From positions 700 through 64,699 of the forward strand of contig JANMTS010000060.1 of assembly GCA_031390755.1 (NCBI GenBank): a DNA stretch of 64,000 nt. Direction: 5' to 3'. Below the pieces are notes generated by a model that saw only the letters and a list, made by a program, of their open reading frames with translations, searched no databases and was not told the origin of the DNA. Below are positions 39,548 to 47,993 of the stretch, piece by piece. The position numbers were made by a program, and so were the translations under genes. Source of the DNA: Holophagales bacterium. GTDB taxonomy: Bacteria > Acidobacteriota > Thermoanaerobaculia > Multivoradales > UBA5704. The first letter of the stretch is position 1; each line of letters opens with the position of its first letter.

Positions 39548-41712
39548 CGTGCGGCCAGGACAGCCCGTCCGTCCTCCGGCTGCGCGACGCCGCCGACTGG
39601 GAGCGCGGTTTCGCGTTCCGCCTCCGGATCTCCGCCGCCGGGCTCGACCTGGAGCCGAAGAAGGAGCACGCGCTCTCCCCGCTCGTCCAGGAGATGCCGG
39701 ACGCCACCTTCCTCGGCCACGTCGCCCTGGCCCGCGGGCGGTGCCAGGAGGTCTTCGTGCTGGAGTCGCCGACCGGCTCCCTGCTCCGGTTCGACGGCGG
39801 CCGCTTCGAGCACCTCGCCACCCCGGGCGCGGCGCTCCAGGCGCCCACGCTCCTCGCCTGGTTCCCCGGGCGCCTGTTCGTGGCCGGCGGCCCGAGCCCG
39901 CAACGCATGGTGGCCCTGGACGAAGCCACGTCGAGGGCCTTGTGGGCGGTGACCGACCAGCGCGACGGCCGCGGCCAGCCGCTTCCGCCCGGCGCTTCGC
40001 CGTTCCTCCCCGCCGCCCTGGCGGGCGACCGGACGCGGCAGCGGCTCTACGCCCTGATCCCCCTCCAGGCGAGCCAGGCCGCGAAAGCCCCCGACATCCA
40101 GCTCGCAATCGCCGTCTTCGGCCCGGGCGGCCGGCTTCTGCGCCTCCTGACCCCTCCCGGTCTCCGCCTCGACGAGGCCGCCCTGGCCAAGACCGATCTC
40201 GCCGTGGCCCCGGACGGCACGCTCTACATCCTGGACTCCCTGGGCCGGCGGGTCTTCGCCTTCGATCCCGAGAAGGACCGTCTGCGCAGCTTTCCGGTCA
40301 ACGAGCGCCCGAAGCCGGACACGATGACCGGCGTCGGCACCGGCACCGGCACCGGCACCGAAACCGAGACCTTCCGCATCCAGCCCGCCGGCCTGGCCGT
40401 CGGCGACGATGGCGTCCTCTACCTGGGAGACCTGCGGCGCGTGCCTCCGGCCGGCCAGGACGACGACCGGCTCATCCACCGTTTCGACGCCGACGGCAAG
40501 TATCTCGGACCGGTGGCCGGCTACCGCGGACCGGTGTCGGCGCTCGCCGTGGGGCCGGGCTCGCGCATCGTGCTCTTCGACCCCGGCACCCGGCACGCCG
40601 GCCAGGAGCCGGCCCTGTCCGAGCGGCGCCTGCGCGTGCTCCTCCAGCGCGACTCCCTGGACGGCGCGCGCGGCGTCTACTACTCGCCGCCGCTCGACAG
40701 CCGGGAGACCGGCATGCTCTGGCACAAGCTCACCCTTCCCGGCGCCCGGATCCCCGGCCACAGCCAGGTCCAGATCTCGTGGCGGGCGATCACGGACCCG
40801 GAGGAGGACGGCGGCGAGGACGAGCGGAAGATCTACGAAGACCTCCTGGAAGCCGGGGACAAGGTGGGCCTCGACCGGCTCCGCTGGTCCCCGCCGCTCG
40901 TGAACGTCCGCGACGCCCTCGTCCGGGAGGCGCCCGCGCGCTATCTCCGCGTGCGGGTGCTGCTGATGGGTGCGGGCCAGGATGCCCCTCAGGTGCCGGG
41001 CCTCGAAGCCTGGTTCCCGCGCACGTCCCTGCTGCGCCACCTGCCCGCGGTCTACCAGGAGATCCGCAGCGGCCACAATTTCCTGGAGCGCTTCCTGGCC
41101 CTGTTCGAGACCCTGTTCACCAGCATCGACCGGCAGATCGACGACCTGCCGGACCTGTTCGATCCGGACACCACCCCCTCCGGCTTCCTGCCCTGGCTCT
41201 CCTCGTGGCTCGCGCTCACCCCGGACGAAGCCTGGCCGGAGGAGCGCCGCCGCGCCCTGCTGCGCGACGCGCACGAGCTCTACCGGCTGCGGGGCACCCG
41301 CGAGGGTCTGGCGCGCCTGATCGAGACCCTCACCGGCGCCCGGCCGCTGATCGTCGAGCCGTTCCAGCTCGCGTGCGCCGAAGCCCCCGAGATGAAGACG
41401 CTGCTGGCGAGGCTCCATTGCCCGGACCCGTTCTGCTTCTCCGTCCTGCTCCGGCCCTTCCAGGTGAGCAGCGACGACGAGCTGCGCGCCATCCGCCGCC
41501 TCGTGGAAGACGAGTCCCCAGCCCACACCTCGCCCTGCGTACGGCGCCTCGAGCCCCTGGCGCAGCTCGACCGGCACACCTACCTGGACGTCAACACCTA
41601 TCTCAAGCTCCCCGCGGCGCGGCTCGACACCGGAACCGTCCTGGGGCGCGACTCGCTCCTGGGCGGCGCCGAGCCTCCGGACGAGCTGGCAACCGACGAA
41701 GGAGAACCGTGA
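39544..41712 (+). CDS. NHL-like beta-propeller fused to phage tail protein I-type domain
   Basis: ATG 39544 (ATGA overlap). NHL-like '[18 protein letters not shown]' and 'DGVLYLGDL'. C-terminal 'LPAVYQE...[46 protein letters not shown]...[12 protein letters not shown]', as in P2 gpI-type tail proteins. Confidence 0.7.
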   Translation: MTCGQDSPSVLRLRDAADWERGFAFRLRISAAGLDLEPKKEHALSPLVQEMPDATFLGHVALARGRCQEVFVLESPTGSLLRFDGGRFEHLATPGAALQAPTLLAWFPGRLFVAGGPSPQRMVALDEATSRALWAVTDQRDGRGQPLPPGASPFLPAALAGDRTRQRLYALIPLQASQAAKAPDIQLAIAVFGPGGRLLRLLTPPGLRLDEAALAKTDLAVAPDGTLYILDSLGRRVFAFDPEKDRLRSFPVNERPKPDTMTGVGTGTGTGTETETFRIQPAGLAVGDDGVLYLGDLRRVPPAGQDDDRLIHRFDADGKYLGPVAGYRGPVSALAVGPGSRIVLFDPGTRHAGQEPALSERRLRVLLQRDSLDGARGVYYSPPLDSRETGMLWHKLTLPGARIPGHSQVQISWRAITDPEEDGGEDERKIYEDLLEAGDKVGLDRLRWSPPLVNVRDALVREAPARYLRVRVLLMGAGQDAPQVPGLEAWFPRTSLLRHLPAVYQEIRSGHNFLERFLALFETLFTSIDRQIDDLPDLFDPDTTPSGFLPWLSSWLALTPDEAWPEERRRALLRDAHELYRLRGTREGLARLIETLTGARPLIVEPFQLACAEAPEMKTLLARLHCPDPFCFSVLLRPFQVSSDDELRAIRRLVEDESPAHTSPCVRRLEPLAQLDRHTYLDVNTYLKLPAARLDTGTVLGRDSLLGGAEPPDELATDEGEP

Positions 41713-43388
41713 TGGCCAACCCGACCCCGACCGCGGAGAGCAATCTGCTCCGCCTGGAAAAGAACAACTATTTCCCAGGCAAGCTGCTGACCAGCCGCGA
41801 CTGCCAGGATGAGCAGGACTTCCACAACGAGAAGCGCCGCCTGCTCAGCCGGCTCACCCTCGGCCGCGGCGTGGTCCGCGGCCTCAAGACCAGCCTCGAC
41901 GCCGCGGCCGGCCCCCTGGGCATCCGCGTCACCCGCGGCATGGCCATCGACGCCTGGGGCCGGGAGATCGTCGTCGACGCCGACCAGAGCCGCAGCCTGA
42001 ACGTGCTGCTGCCTGAGCTCGCGGCAGGGACGTACACCCTGCGCCTGGCCTACGACCAGATGCTCCGCGAGCCCGTGCCCTCGCCCGATTCGACCTGCGA
42101 CGAGACCTGCCAGAACAACCGGATCCGCGAGATGTTTGTGCTCAAGCTCGGCACCGGCATCGTCGAGCCGCGGCCGGACACCTGGAGCACCACGGTCACC
42201 CTCGTCGAAACGCCGACCTGGAAGCTCGTCCGCAAGACGCCGCGATGGATCAGGACGGGGGAGACGGCCGACGTCTGGCTGGGCCTCCTCGGCCAGAACG
42301 GCCTTGCCGTGCCGGCCGGCACCACCGTCGACGTGACCGAAAAGCTCACCGGCCTGACGCCGGCCCAGGCCACCTTCAAGCTGACCCAGGACGACCGGAT
42401 CAAGACCTATTCCGTGAAGGCCGGCACTCCCGGCACCACGGCCACCATCACCGCCGCGGTCACCCCGGGGTTTCCCACCGTGGAGCTGACCAGCAGCCTG
42501 CGGATCATCGCCGGATCGGTCGCGGACCGCCTCGTCAAGGCGTTCTTCGAAGAGCAGGGGGAGTACCAGGATCCGCCCGCCAACCCGGATGTTCCCCTGG
42601 CCACCGTCGTCGTCGAAGGCTCCGGCGACAGCCGCCGGATCGCGAGCGTCACTCTCTTCCCGGGCCAGCAGTTCGTCTACGGCAACGACATCCTTTTCGA
42701 CGTCCTGACCCTCCTGGAGCAGCGGACCGGAGCCACCGGCCCCAAGGGCGATCCGGGAGCCCAGGGGAACCCTGGACCCAAGGGAGATCCGGGACCGCAG
42801 GGACCGAAGGGCGATCCGGGAGGCTCCGGCCCGGGGAACCAGGGACCTCCGGGACCGGTGGGGCCTCCGGGGCCTCGCGGCCCGGCCGGCGCTCAGGGGC
42901 CTGCGGGACCGGCGGGACCCGGGCGTGTCAACTTCGGCATCGAGGAGATCACCCTGACCGGCCAGCTCACGACCTACAAGGTCGCCTCCTCGGGATTCCT
43001 GCGCCCGAACTTCTGCGTCATGGTGGCGCCCAAGGTCCAGCCCAACCTGGCGACGCTCCCCCCCGACACCGTGCCCCTGTTCGTCTTCGGCGAGACCTTC
43101 CCCACCGACCCCAAGCCCCTCTTTGTCCGGGCGTTCATCCCCGTCGACTCCTCGGGAGCGTTCTACATCCAGATCTATTCGGAGACCGTGCAGCCGAAGA
43201 AGGTCCGCGTCTCCTGGATCGCCGTCGAAGGCCAGTTCGTCGGCCCCGGCCCCCTGCCGCCGGAGCTGGCCAACCTCGGCCCCGCCGCCGCGCCCACCGC
43301 ACCGGCTGCACCGGCCGCGAAGCCCAGGACCGCCAAGAAGACCGCCAAGGCCGGGACGCCCCGCAAGCCGCGGAGCCGGAAGGCCTGA
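41712..43388 (+). CDS. tail fibre-like protein with collagen-like G-X-Y tract
   Basis: ATG 41712 overlaps the upstream TGA. About 65 residues of G-X-Y ([28 protein letters not shown]...) are encoded at 42729-42923. Lys/Arg-rich C-terminal tail. Confidence 0.65.
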   Translation: MANPTPTAESNLLRLEKNNYFPGKLLTSRDCQDEQDFHNEKRRLLSRLTLGRGVVRGLKTSLDAAAGPLGIRVTRGMAIDAWGREIVVDADQSRSLNVLLPELAAGTYTLRLAYDQMLREPVPSPDSTCDETCQNNRIREMFVLKLGTGIVEPRPDTWSTTVTLVETPTWKLVRKTPRWIRTGETADVWLGLLGQNGLAVPAGTTVDVTEKLTGLTPAQATFKLTQDDRIKTYSVKAGTPGTTATITAAVTPGFPTVELTSSLRIIAGSVADRLVKAFFEEQGEYQDPPANPDVPLATVVVEGSGDSRRIASVTLFPGQQFVYGNDILFDVLTLLEQRTGATGPKGDPGAQGNPGPKGDPGPQGPKGDPGGSGPGNQGPPGPVGPPGPRGPAGAQGPAGPAGPGRVNFGIEEITLTGQLTTYKVASSGFLRPNFCVMVAPKVQPNLATLPPDTVPLFVFGETFPTDPKPLFVRAFIPVDSSGAFYIQIYSETVQPKKVRVSWIAVEGQFVGPGPLPPELANLGPAAAPTAPAAPAAKPRTAKKTAKAGTPRKPRSRKA

Positions 43389-43403
43389 CCTTCTGGAGGG
43401 ACG

Positions 43404-46400
43404 ATGGCGCGGCATGCTCCAGCGAAGTCCGGTCCGACGAAGCCCGGACCTTCCCAGCCGGGACCCCGCCCGGCTCCGGGCAAGCGCGCCCAGCATCCGG
43501 TCCTCGCCCTCCAGCAGGCCGCCGGCAACCGCGCCGTCGGCCGCCTGATCGAGGCCCGCAAGGAGGAGCGCAAATCCCGGCTCGATCCCCTGGAGCCTGA
43601 AGTCTCTCCCGAAGCCACGCCCAGGATCGCGGCCCGCGAGGCCGAAGCGGAAGCCCCGGCGAAGCAGGCCGCTCCGGTGAAGGAGCCGGCCGGGGCCGCT
43701 GTGGAACCTCCCGCTCCGGCAGCCACGCTGGCAGCCGCGCCGGCAAACGCTCCGGTGGTTGCTCCGGTGGCGGCGGCACCGGAGCCGGCCGCGGTCGAGG
43801 CGGCGCCGGCCGTGTCTGCGGAATCGGGAGGATCGGCCGCACCGGCAGTCCCGGAGGCTTCGGCAGAGCCGGCGCTGGTAGCGCCCGAAATTGCTCCCAA
43901 AACTGCGCCCGAGGCGGCATCCGCAGCCCCGCCACCTACTGGCGAGGGAGCCCCCCCTGCCCCAGCGCCGGAAGCCGGGGCCGCCGCACCGGCTCCGGAG
44001 CCTGCCGGTGAGCAGGCTCCGACCTCTCCGGAGCAGGATCCGGCTTTTCAGGCTGTCGTGGCCCGCATCGAAGGCGTCGCTCGCCAGAAGAAAAGCCACG
44101 TCCCCGCCCGCGCCGCCGCCGCGAAAGCCCAGGCCGCCGCCGTCGATCCGCCCAACGCCGCTTCCGCCCATGCGGCCGGCGCCCAGGTCGGCAAGATGGA
44201 CGCCCAGCAGCCGCGCCCCTTCGACCGGGCCGCCTTCAAGGCCGCCCTGCTCGCGAAGGTCGCGTCCGTCACGCCTCAGACCCTCGAAGCGGCCGACGAA
44301 TTCAAGTCGAGCGGCAAGGCCGGCGACATCAAGACCGCGGTCACCGCCCGGGTGGCCGCAGGCAAGGACCAGGCCCAGGGTGCCATCCAGAAGGCCGCCA
44401 CCGAGACCCCCTCCCCGGGCGGCTTCCATCCCCGGCCCGCCTCCGCCCTGGCTCCCCCCGATCCCGGCCCGCCGCCCCCGGACCTCGCCGCCGGCCAGGC
44501 GGCTCCCAAGCCCAAATCCGAAGCCGAGATCGAAGCCCCTCTCGCCGCCTCCAGCCAGCGGCTCGACGAGCCGATGACCGCCGCGGGCGTCACCGAGGCC
44601 CAGCTCGAACGCTCCAACGAGCCTGCCTTCCAGGACGCCCTCCAGGCGAAGCGCGAGGCCCAGGACAACGCCAGTCAGGCTCCGGCCGCCTACCGGGCCG
44701 CTGAAAAGGGCACCCTCGCCGTGGCCGCCGGACAGGCGCGGACCTCGGCCCGGGACCGGACGGCGGCCATGCACGGAGCCCGCGGCACGCTCCTCGCCCA
44801 GGTCGCCGGCCGGCAGCTCGGAGCCAAGGCCGCCGACGAGCAGCGCCGCGCCGAGGTCGCGCGCCGCATCGAGGGGATGTACCAGACCACCAGAGGCGAG
44901 GTGGAGGCCCGTCTCTCTCTTCTCGACCGGCAGGTGCAGGCGATCTTCGACCGCGGAGCCGGCGCCGCCCGCCGCGCCTTCGAAGACCACGTCGCGCACC
45001 GCATGGCGGCCTACAAGGAGAAACGCTACAAAGGGGTCAAGGGCTTGCTGCGCTGGGGAAAGGACAAGCTCTTCGGCATGCCCTCCGAGGTCAACGCCTT
45101 CTACGTCGAGGGACGCGACCTCTATGTCCGGACGATGGACGGAACCCTCGACGAGATCGCGACCACCGTCGAGTCCGGTCTCCTCCAGGCCAAGGCGCTC
45201 ATCGCCGTCGGCCGGCAGCAGACCGAGACCTACGTCGCGGGGCTCCCCGGCGACCTCCAGCAGGTCGGCCGGGAAGCGGCCGACGGCATCCAGGCCCGGT
45301 TCGCGGCGCTGGAGCAGAGCGTCGCCGACAAGCAGGGCCAGCTCGTCGAGGATCTCGCCCGCAAGTACGCCGAAAACCTGCAGCAGGTCGACGCCCGCGT
45401 CACGGAGATGAAGGAGGCCGACCGCGGCCTCGCGGACAAGGCCGGCGAGGCTCTCGGCGGCGTCCTGCGCACTCTCGCCGAGCTCAAGGAGATGCTGTTC
45501 TCGGTCCTGGCGCGGGCGGCCGGTGTCATCGGCACCATCCTCCAGGATCCCATCGGCTTCCTGGGCCACCTGGTGGACGGCGTCCGGCTCGGCCTCTCGG
45601 GCTTCGTCTCCAACCTCGGCGAGCACCTCAAGAAAGGCGTCCTCGAATGGCTCTTCGGCGCCCTGGGAGAAGCCGGCCTCCAGATTCCCGAGAGCTTCGA
45701 CCTCAAGGGCATCCTGGGCCTCATCCTCCAGGTGCTCGGCCTCACCTACGTCAAGATTCGGGCACGCGCGGTGGCCATCGTCGGCGAGCCCGTCGTGAGC
45801 GCCCTGGAGAAGACCGCCGAGGTCTTCAAGATCCTCGTCACCGAGGGGCCGGCAGGCCTGTGGCGCTTCATCCAGGACAAGCTCGCCGAGATCAAGGAGA
45901 CCGTGCTGGAAGGCCTCAAGTCCTTCCTCATGGAAAGCGTCATCAAGGCCGGCATCACCTGGCTCCTGAGCCTGCTCAATCCGGTCGCGGCGTTCATCAA
46001 GGCCTGCAAGGCGATCTACGACATCGTGATGTTCTTCGTCACGCGCGCCGCGCAGGTCATGGCCCTGGTCTCCTCGATCCTCGACTCGATCGCAGCCATC
46101 GCCTCCGGCGCCATCGCCGAGGCTGCGGCGGCGGTGGAGAAAGCGCTAGCCAAGACCATCCCGGTCGTCATCGGCTTCCTCGCGAGCCTGCTCGGCCTGG
46201 GAGGAATCTCCGACAAGATCCGCGAGGTCATCCAGGCCATCCAGGCTCCCATCAACAAGGCCGTCGACGCGGTCATCCACCAGGCGGTCAAGACCGCCAC
46301 GGCCGTGGGCGGCCTCTTCAGCGGCGGAAAGAAGAAGGAGGAAAAGCCTGTCCCGGAGACCGGGGATCTGGAGCACGACGCGAAGGTGGCAGCGGGGTTG

Positions 46401-46964
46401 GCGGCGATCGACGTAGAGGAAGCACATTACCCCGAGACCGGTATCACTCAGGATCAAGCTGAAAGGGTCGCCGCAAAGGTGCAAGCCGGGCACCCCGTCT
46501 TTAAGTCGCTCGCAGTGGTAGATAGTGGCGAGAGCTGGGATTACGATTACGTCGCTAGTCCCGGGCGGCGCAAACGCGGCGCAAGAAAAAGTAAACAGCC
46601 TGGTAGAACGACAGCTCTCTCAGGTAGACCAGCAGAAGAGGCGGTATCGAACGCCACGGGTGTTCCATTGAATGTTGGCACTGGCAGAGATACAATCCCC
46701 GGAAGTGGGCCAGGCAGGGTAAGGTTTCCAGACCTCAAGATTTTTGGCCTCGAAGGTTCAATTATTCAGCGCGGTTCCATTATCGAGGTCAAAGATGTAA
46801 AAAGACTCCAGGGTCGTCGGCAAATCAGAGATCTGATCGCTTACGCACGTTCCAAAAGCCTTGTGATTGAAATTTACAGCGACGCCTCCATACCCTCCAG
46901 AGGAGTGATTGCCGACGCCGTTGCGACTGGCTTGGTAGTGCTCAAAGGGATACCCAAGCGATGA
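43404..46964 (+). CDS. putative eCIS payload/polymorphic-toxin-like protein (disordered N-terminus, long helical core, C-terminal PD-(D/E)xK-like module)
   Basis: N-terminal 'VLALQQAAGNRAVGRLI' motif. About 200 aa of Ala/Pro-rich low complexity. Hydrophobic helical core (GFLGHLVDGVRLGLSGF...LQVLGLTYVKIRA...). C-terminal 'RFPDLKIFGLEGSIIQRGSIIEVKDVK'. Confidence 0.6.
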   Translation: MARHAPAKSGPTKPGPSQPGPRPAPGKRAQHPVLALQQAAGNRAVGRLIEARKEERKSRLDPLEPEVSPEATPRIAAREAEAEAPAKQAAPVKEPAGAAVEPPAPAATLAAAPANAPVVAPVAAAPEPAAVEAAPAVSAESGGSAAPAVPEASAEPALVAPEIAPKTAPEAASAAPPPTGEGAPPAPAPEAGAAAPAPEPAGEQAPTSPEQDPAFQAVVARIEGVARQKKSHVPARAAAAKAQAAAVDPPNAASAHAAGAQVGKMDAQQPRPFDRAAFKAALLAKVASVTPQTLEAADEFKSSGKAGDIKTAVTARVAAGKDQAQGAIQKAATETPSPGGFHPRPASALAPPDPGPPPPDLAAGQAAPKPKSEAEIEAPLAASSQRLDEPMTAAGVTEAQLERSNEPAFQDALQAKREAQDNASQAPAAYRAAEKGTLAVAAGQARTSARDRTAAMHGARGTLLAQVAGRQLGAKAADEQRRAEVARRIEGMYQTTRGEVEARLSLLDRQVQAIFDRGAGAARRAFEDHVAHRMAAYKEKRYKGVKGLLRWGKDKLFGMPSEVNAFYVEGRDLYVRTMDGTLDEIATTVESGLLQAKALIAVGRQQTETYVAGLPGDLQQVGREAADGIQARFAALEQSVADKQGQLVEDLARKYAENLQQVDARVTEMKEADRGLADKAGEALGGVLRTLAELKEMLFSVLARAAGVIGTILQDPIGFLGHLVDGVRLGLSGFVSNLGEHLKKGVLEWLFGALGEAGLQIPESFDLKGILGLILQVLGLTYVKIRARAVAIVGEPVVSALEKTAEVFKILVTEGPAGLWRFIQDKLAEIKETVLEGLKSFLMESVIKAGITWLLSLLNPVAAFIKACKAIYDIVMFFVTRAAQVMALVSSILDSIAAIASGAIAEAAAAVEKALAKTIPVVIGFLASLLGLGGISDKIREVIQAIQAPINKAVDAVIHQAVKTATAVGGLFSGGKKKEEKPVPETGDLEHDAKVAAGLAAIDVEEAHYPETGITQDQAERVAAKVQAGHPVFKSLAVVDSGESWDYDYVASPGRRKRGARKSKQPGRTTALSGRPAEEAVSNATGVPLNVGTGRDTIPGSGPGRVRFPDLKIFGLEGSIIQRGSIIEVKDVKRLQGRRQIRDLIAYARSKSLVIEIYSDASIPSRGVIADAVATGLVVLKGIPKR

Positions 46965-47785
46965 ACAGAAAGTCCGTGGTCTCCATCGATTTGGAAGTTT
47001 GCCTCGGGAGGTGCCTGTTGGACGAGGAGCTAATCGGCAAGGTACAAGAGATTCTTCTCCGGTATGCTGTGGGATGGGTTCCCGTGATGCGCCTCTGGCC
47101 TCCAGAGCACGGCGACAAGAACCTTGATCTTGGCGCCGACAGATCTCTTTTCGATCTGACAAAAAGAGAGATCGAGGAAGCAGCGGCTAATACGGGATCA
47201 AGACTGACCGGGCTCGTAGAGTTTCGTGGAGCAACACAAGGCCTGGCAGTGATTATGAGTGTCGACGAGAAGACCTTCTTTCGAGTGGGTGACAATTGGC
47301 TCTGGGGCAACCGTATTGCTCTTCAGATTCGGAAGCAAAAGATTGGAAGCATCAATTCGGTTAAGTGGGCGGGATCGGTGTTCGAGGAACTCTGCGCGGC
47401 AGTATCGCCTTGGTATGGGCGAGCAAGTTCTACTCAAGAGTACGAGGCGAAGAACATCGACCGCAGCGACGGCGTTCGTGCCGTTGGGGTCAACGTTGCT
47501 CGTGCTCTTCCGGGCCTCTATTGGCTTAATTTCTTCGGGAAACCTTATGTTGATCACATCGGTCGAGAACAAATCTTAAGCGCACCGGCGGAAACAGTTC
47601 GAGCAATCGACGATGGCATCTTGCTTCGCCTCATGGAGTATCCAGGGACGTGGGATTCAGCCGAGTATCGGCTCGGCGAGGAAAAAGTTCTGGAGCATTT
47701 GAGTCCGCGATACTTCTTCTCGAAAACAAATCCAGCCCGCATTCATAGTGCACCGTCTTTTGATCTTGTTGGGTATTGTGGGTGA
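46961..47785 (+). CDS. putative cognate immunity protein (DUF3396/Imm52-like by recollection)
   Basis: ATGA overlap with the toxin stop. Same low-GC patch. 274 aa. 'LPGLYWLNFFGKPYVDHIGREQIL...IDDGILLRL' resembles the C-terminal motif of type VI immunity family proteins as I remember it. Confidence 0.45.
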   Translation: MNRKSVVSIDLEVCLGRCLLDEELIGKVQEILLRYAVGWVPVMRLWPPEHGDKNLDLGADRSLFDLTKREIEEAAANTGSRLTGLVEFRGATQGLAVIMSVDEKTFFRVGDNWLWGNRIALQIRKQKIGSINSVKWAGSVFEELCAAVSPWYGRASSTQEYEAKNIDRSDGVRAVGVNVARALPGLYWLNFFGKPYVDHIGREQILSAPAETVRAIDDGILLRLMEYPGTWDSAEYRLGEEKVLEHLSPRYFFSKTNPARIHSAPSFDLVGYCG

Positions 47786-47993
47786 GGAGGGGGGCGCGCG
47801 TATGTTCAGCCTTTTACACGTCGTTCCTTCACGCTGGCGCCGTGTTTGGCGACAATTAGAATGCGAGAGGGGTCAGGCCCGACGCGCGCAATCTCGTTCC
47901 GGGTGATCCACCACAGGAACTGAAGAGCCTCGTTGATCGCCGCTTCCTTCCGAGTGGTTCAGTTCCTCGCAGGCGAGGACAGAGGCCGGCCCC

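Noticed and set aside
21241-45626. Very long minus-strand ORFs antisense to the injection-system operon (for example 21241..22806, 22861..24660, 25117..27384, 27847..30120, 35307..37781, 37766..39478, 39337..41577, 41598..45626).
   Set aside because: Their translations are Arg/Gly/Pro/Ala-rich with no recognisable motifs. The + strand frames give textbook sheath, tube, ATPase and baseplate sequences with coupled start/stop overlaps. These are stop-poor shadow frames typical of high-GC DNA.
43404-46964. Calling the 1186-aa protein a DUF4157 (zincin-like) domain protein, or the tape measure.
   Set aside because: Only the short LQxxAGNRAV motif is present. I find no FSxVRVH or HExxH core. It is the last structural-operon gene, far from the chaperone and hub, so a tape-measure role is less likely than for 30174..31796. 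That role remains unexcluded.
47786-47993. Possible gene remnant on the minus strand (...EAAINEALQFLWWITRNEIARVGPDPSRILIVAKHGASVKERRVKG*) in the spacer after the immunity gene.
   Set aside because: It is only about 48 codons, bounded by an upstream in-frame stop, with no start codon and no family I can recognise. It may be a relic of a displaced cassette, but that is unsupported.
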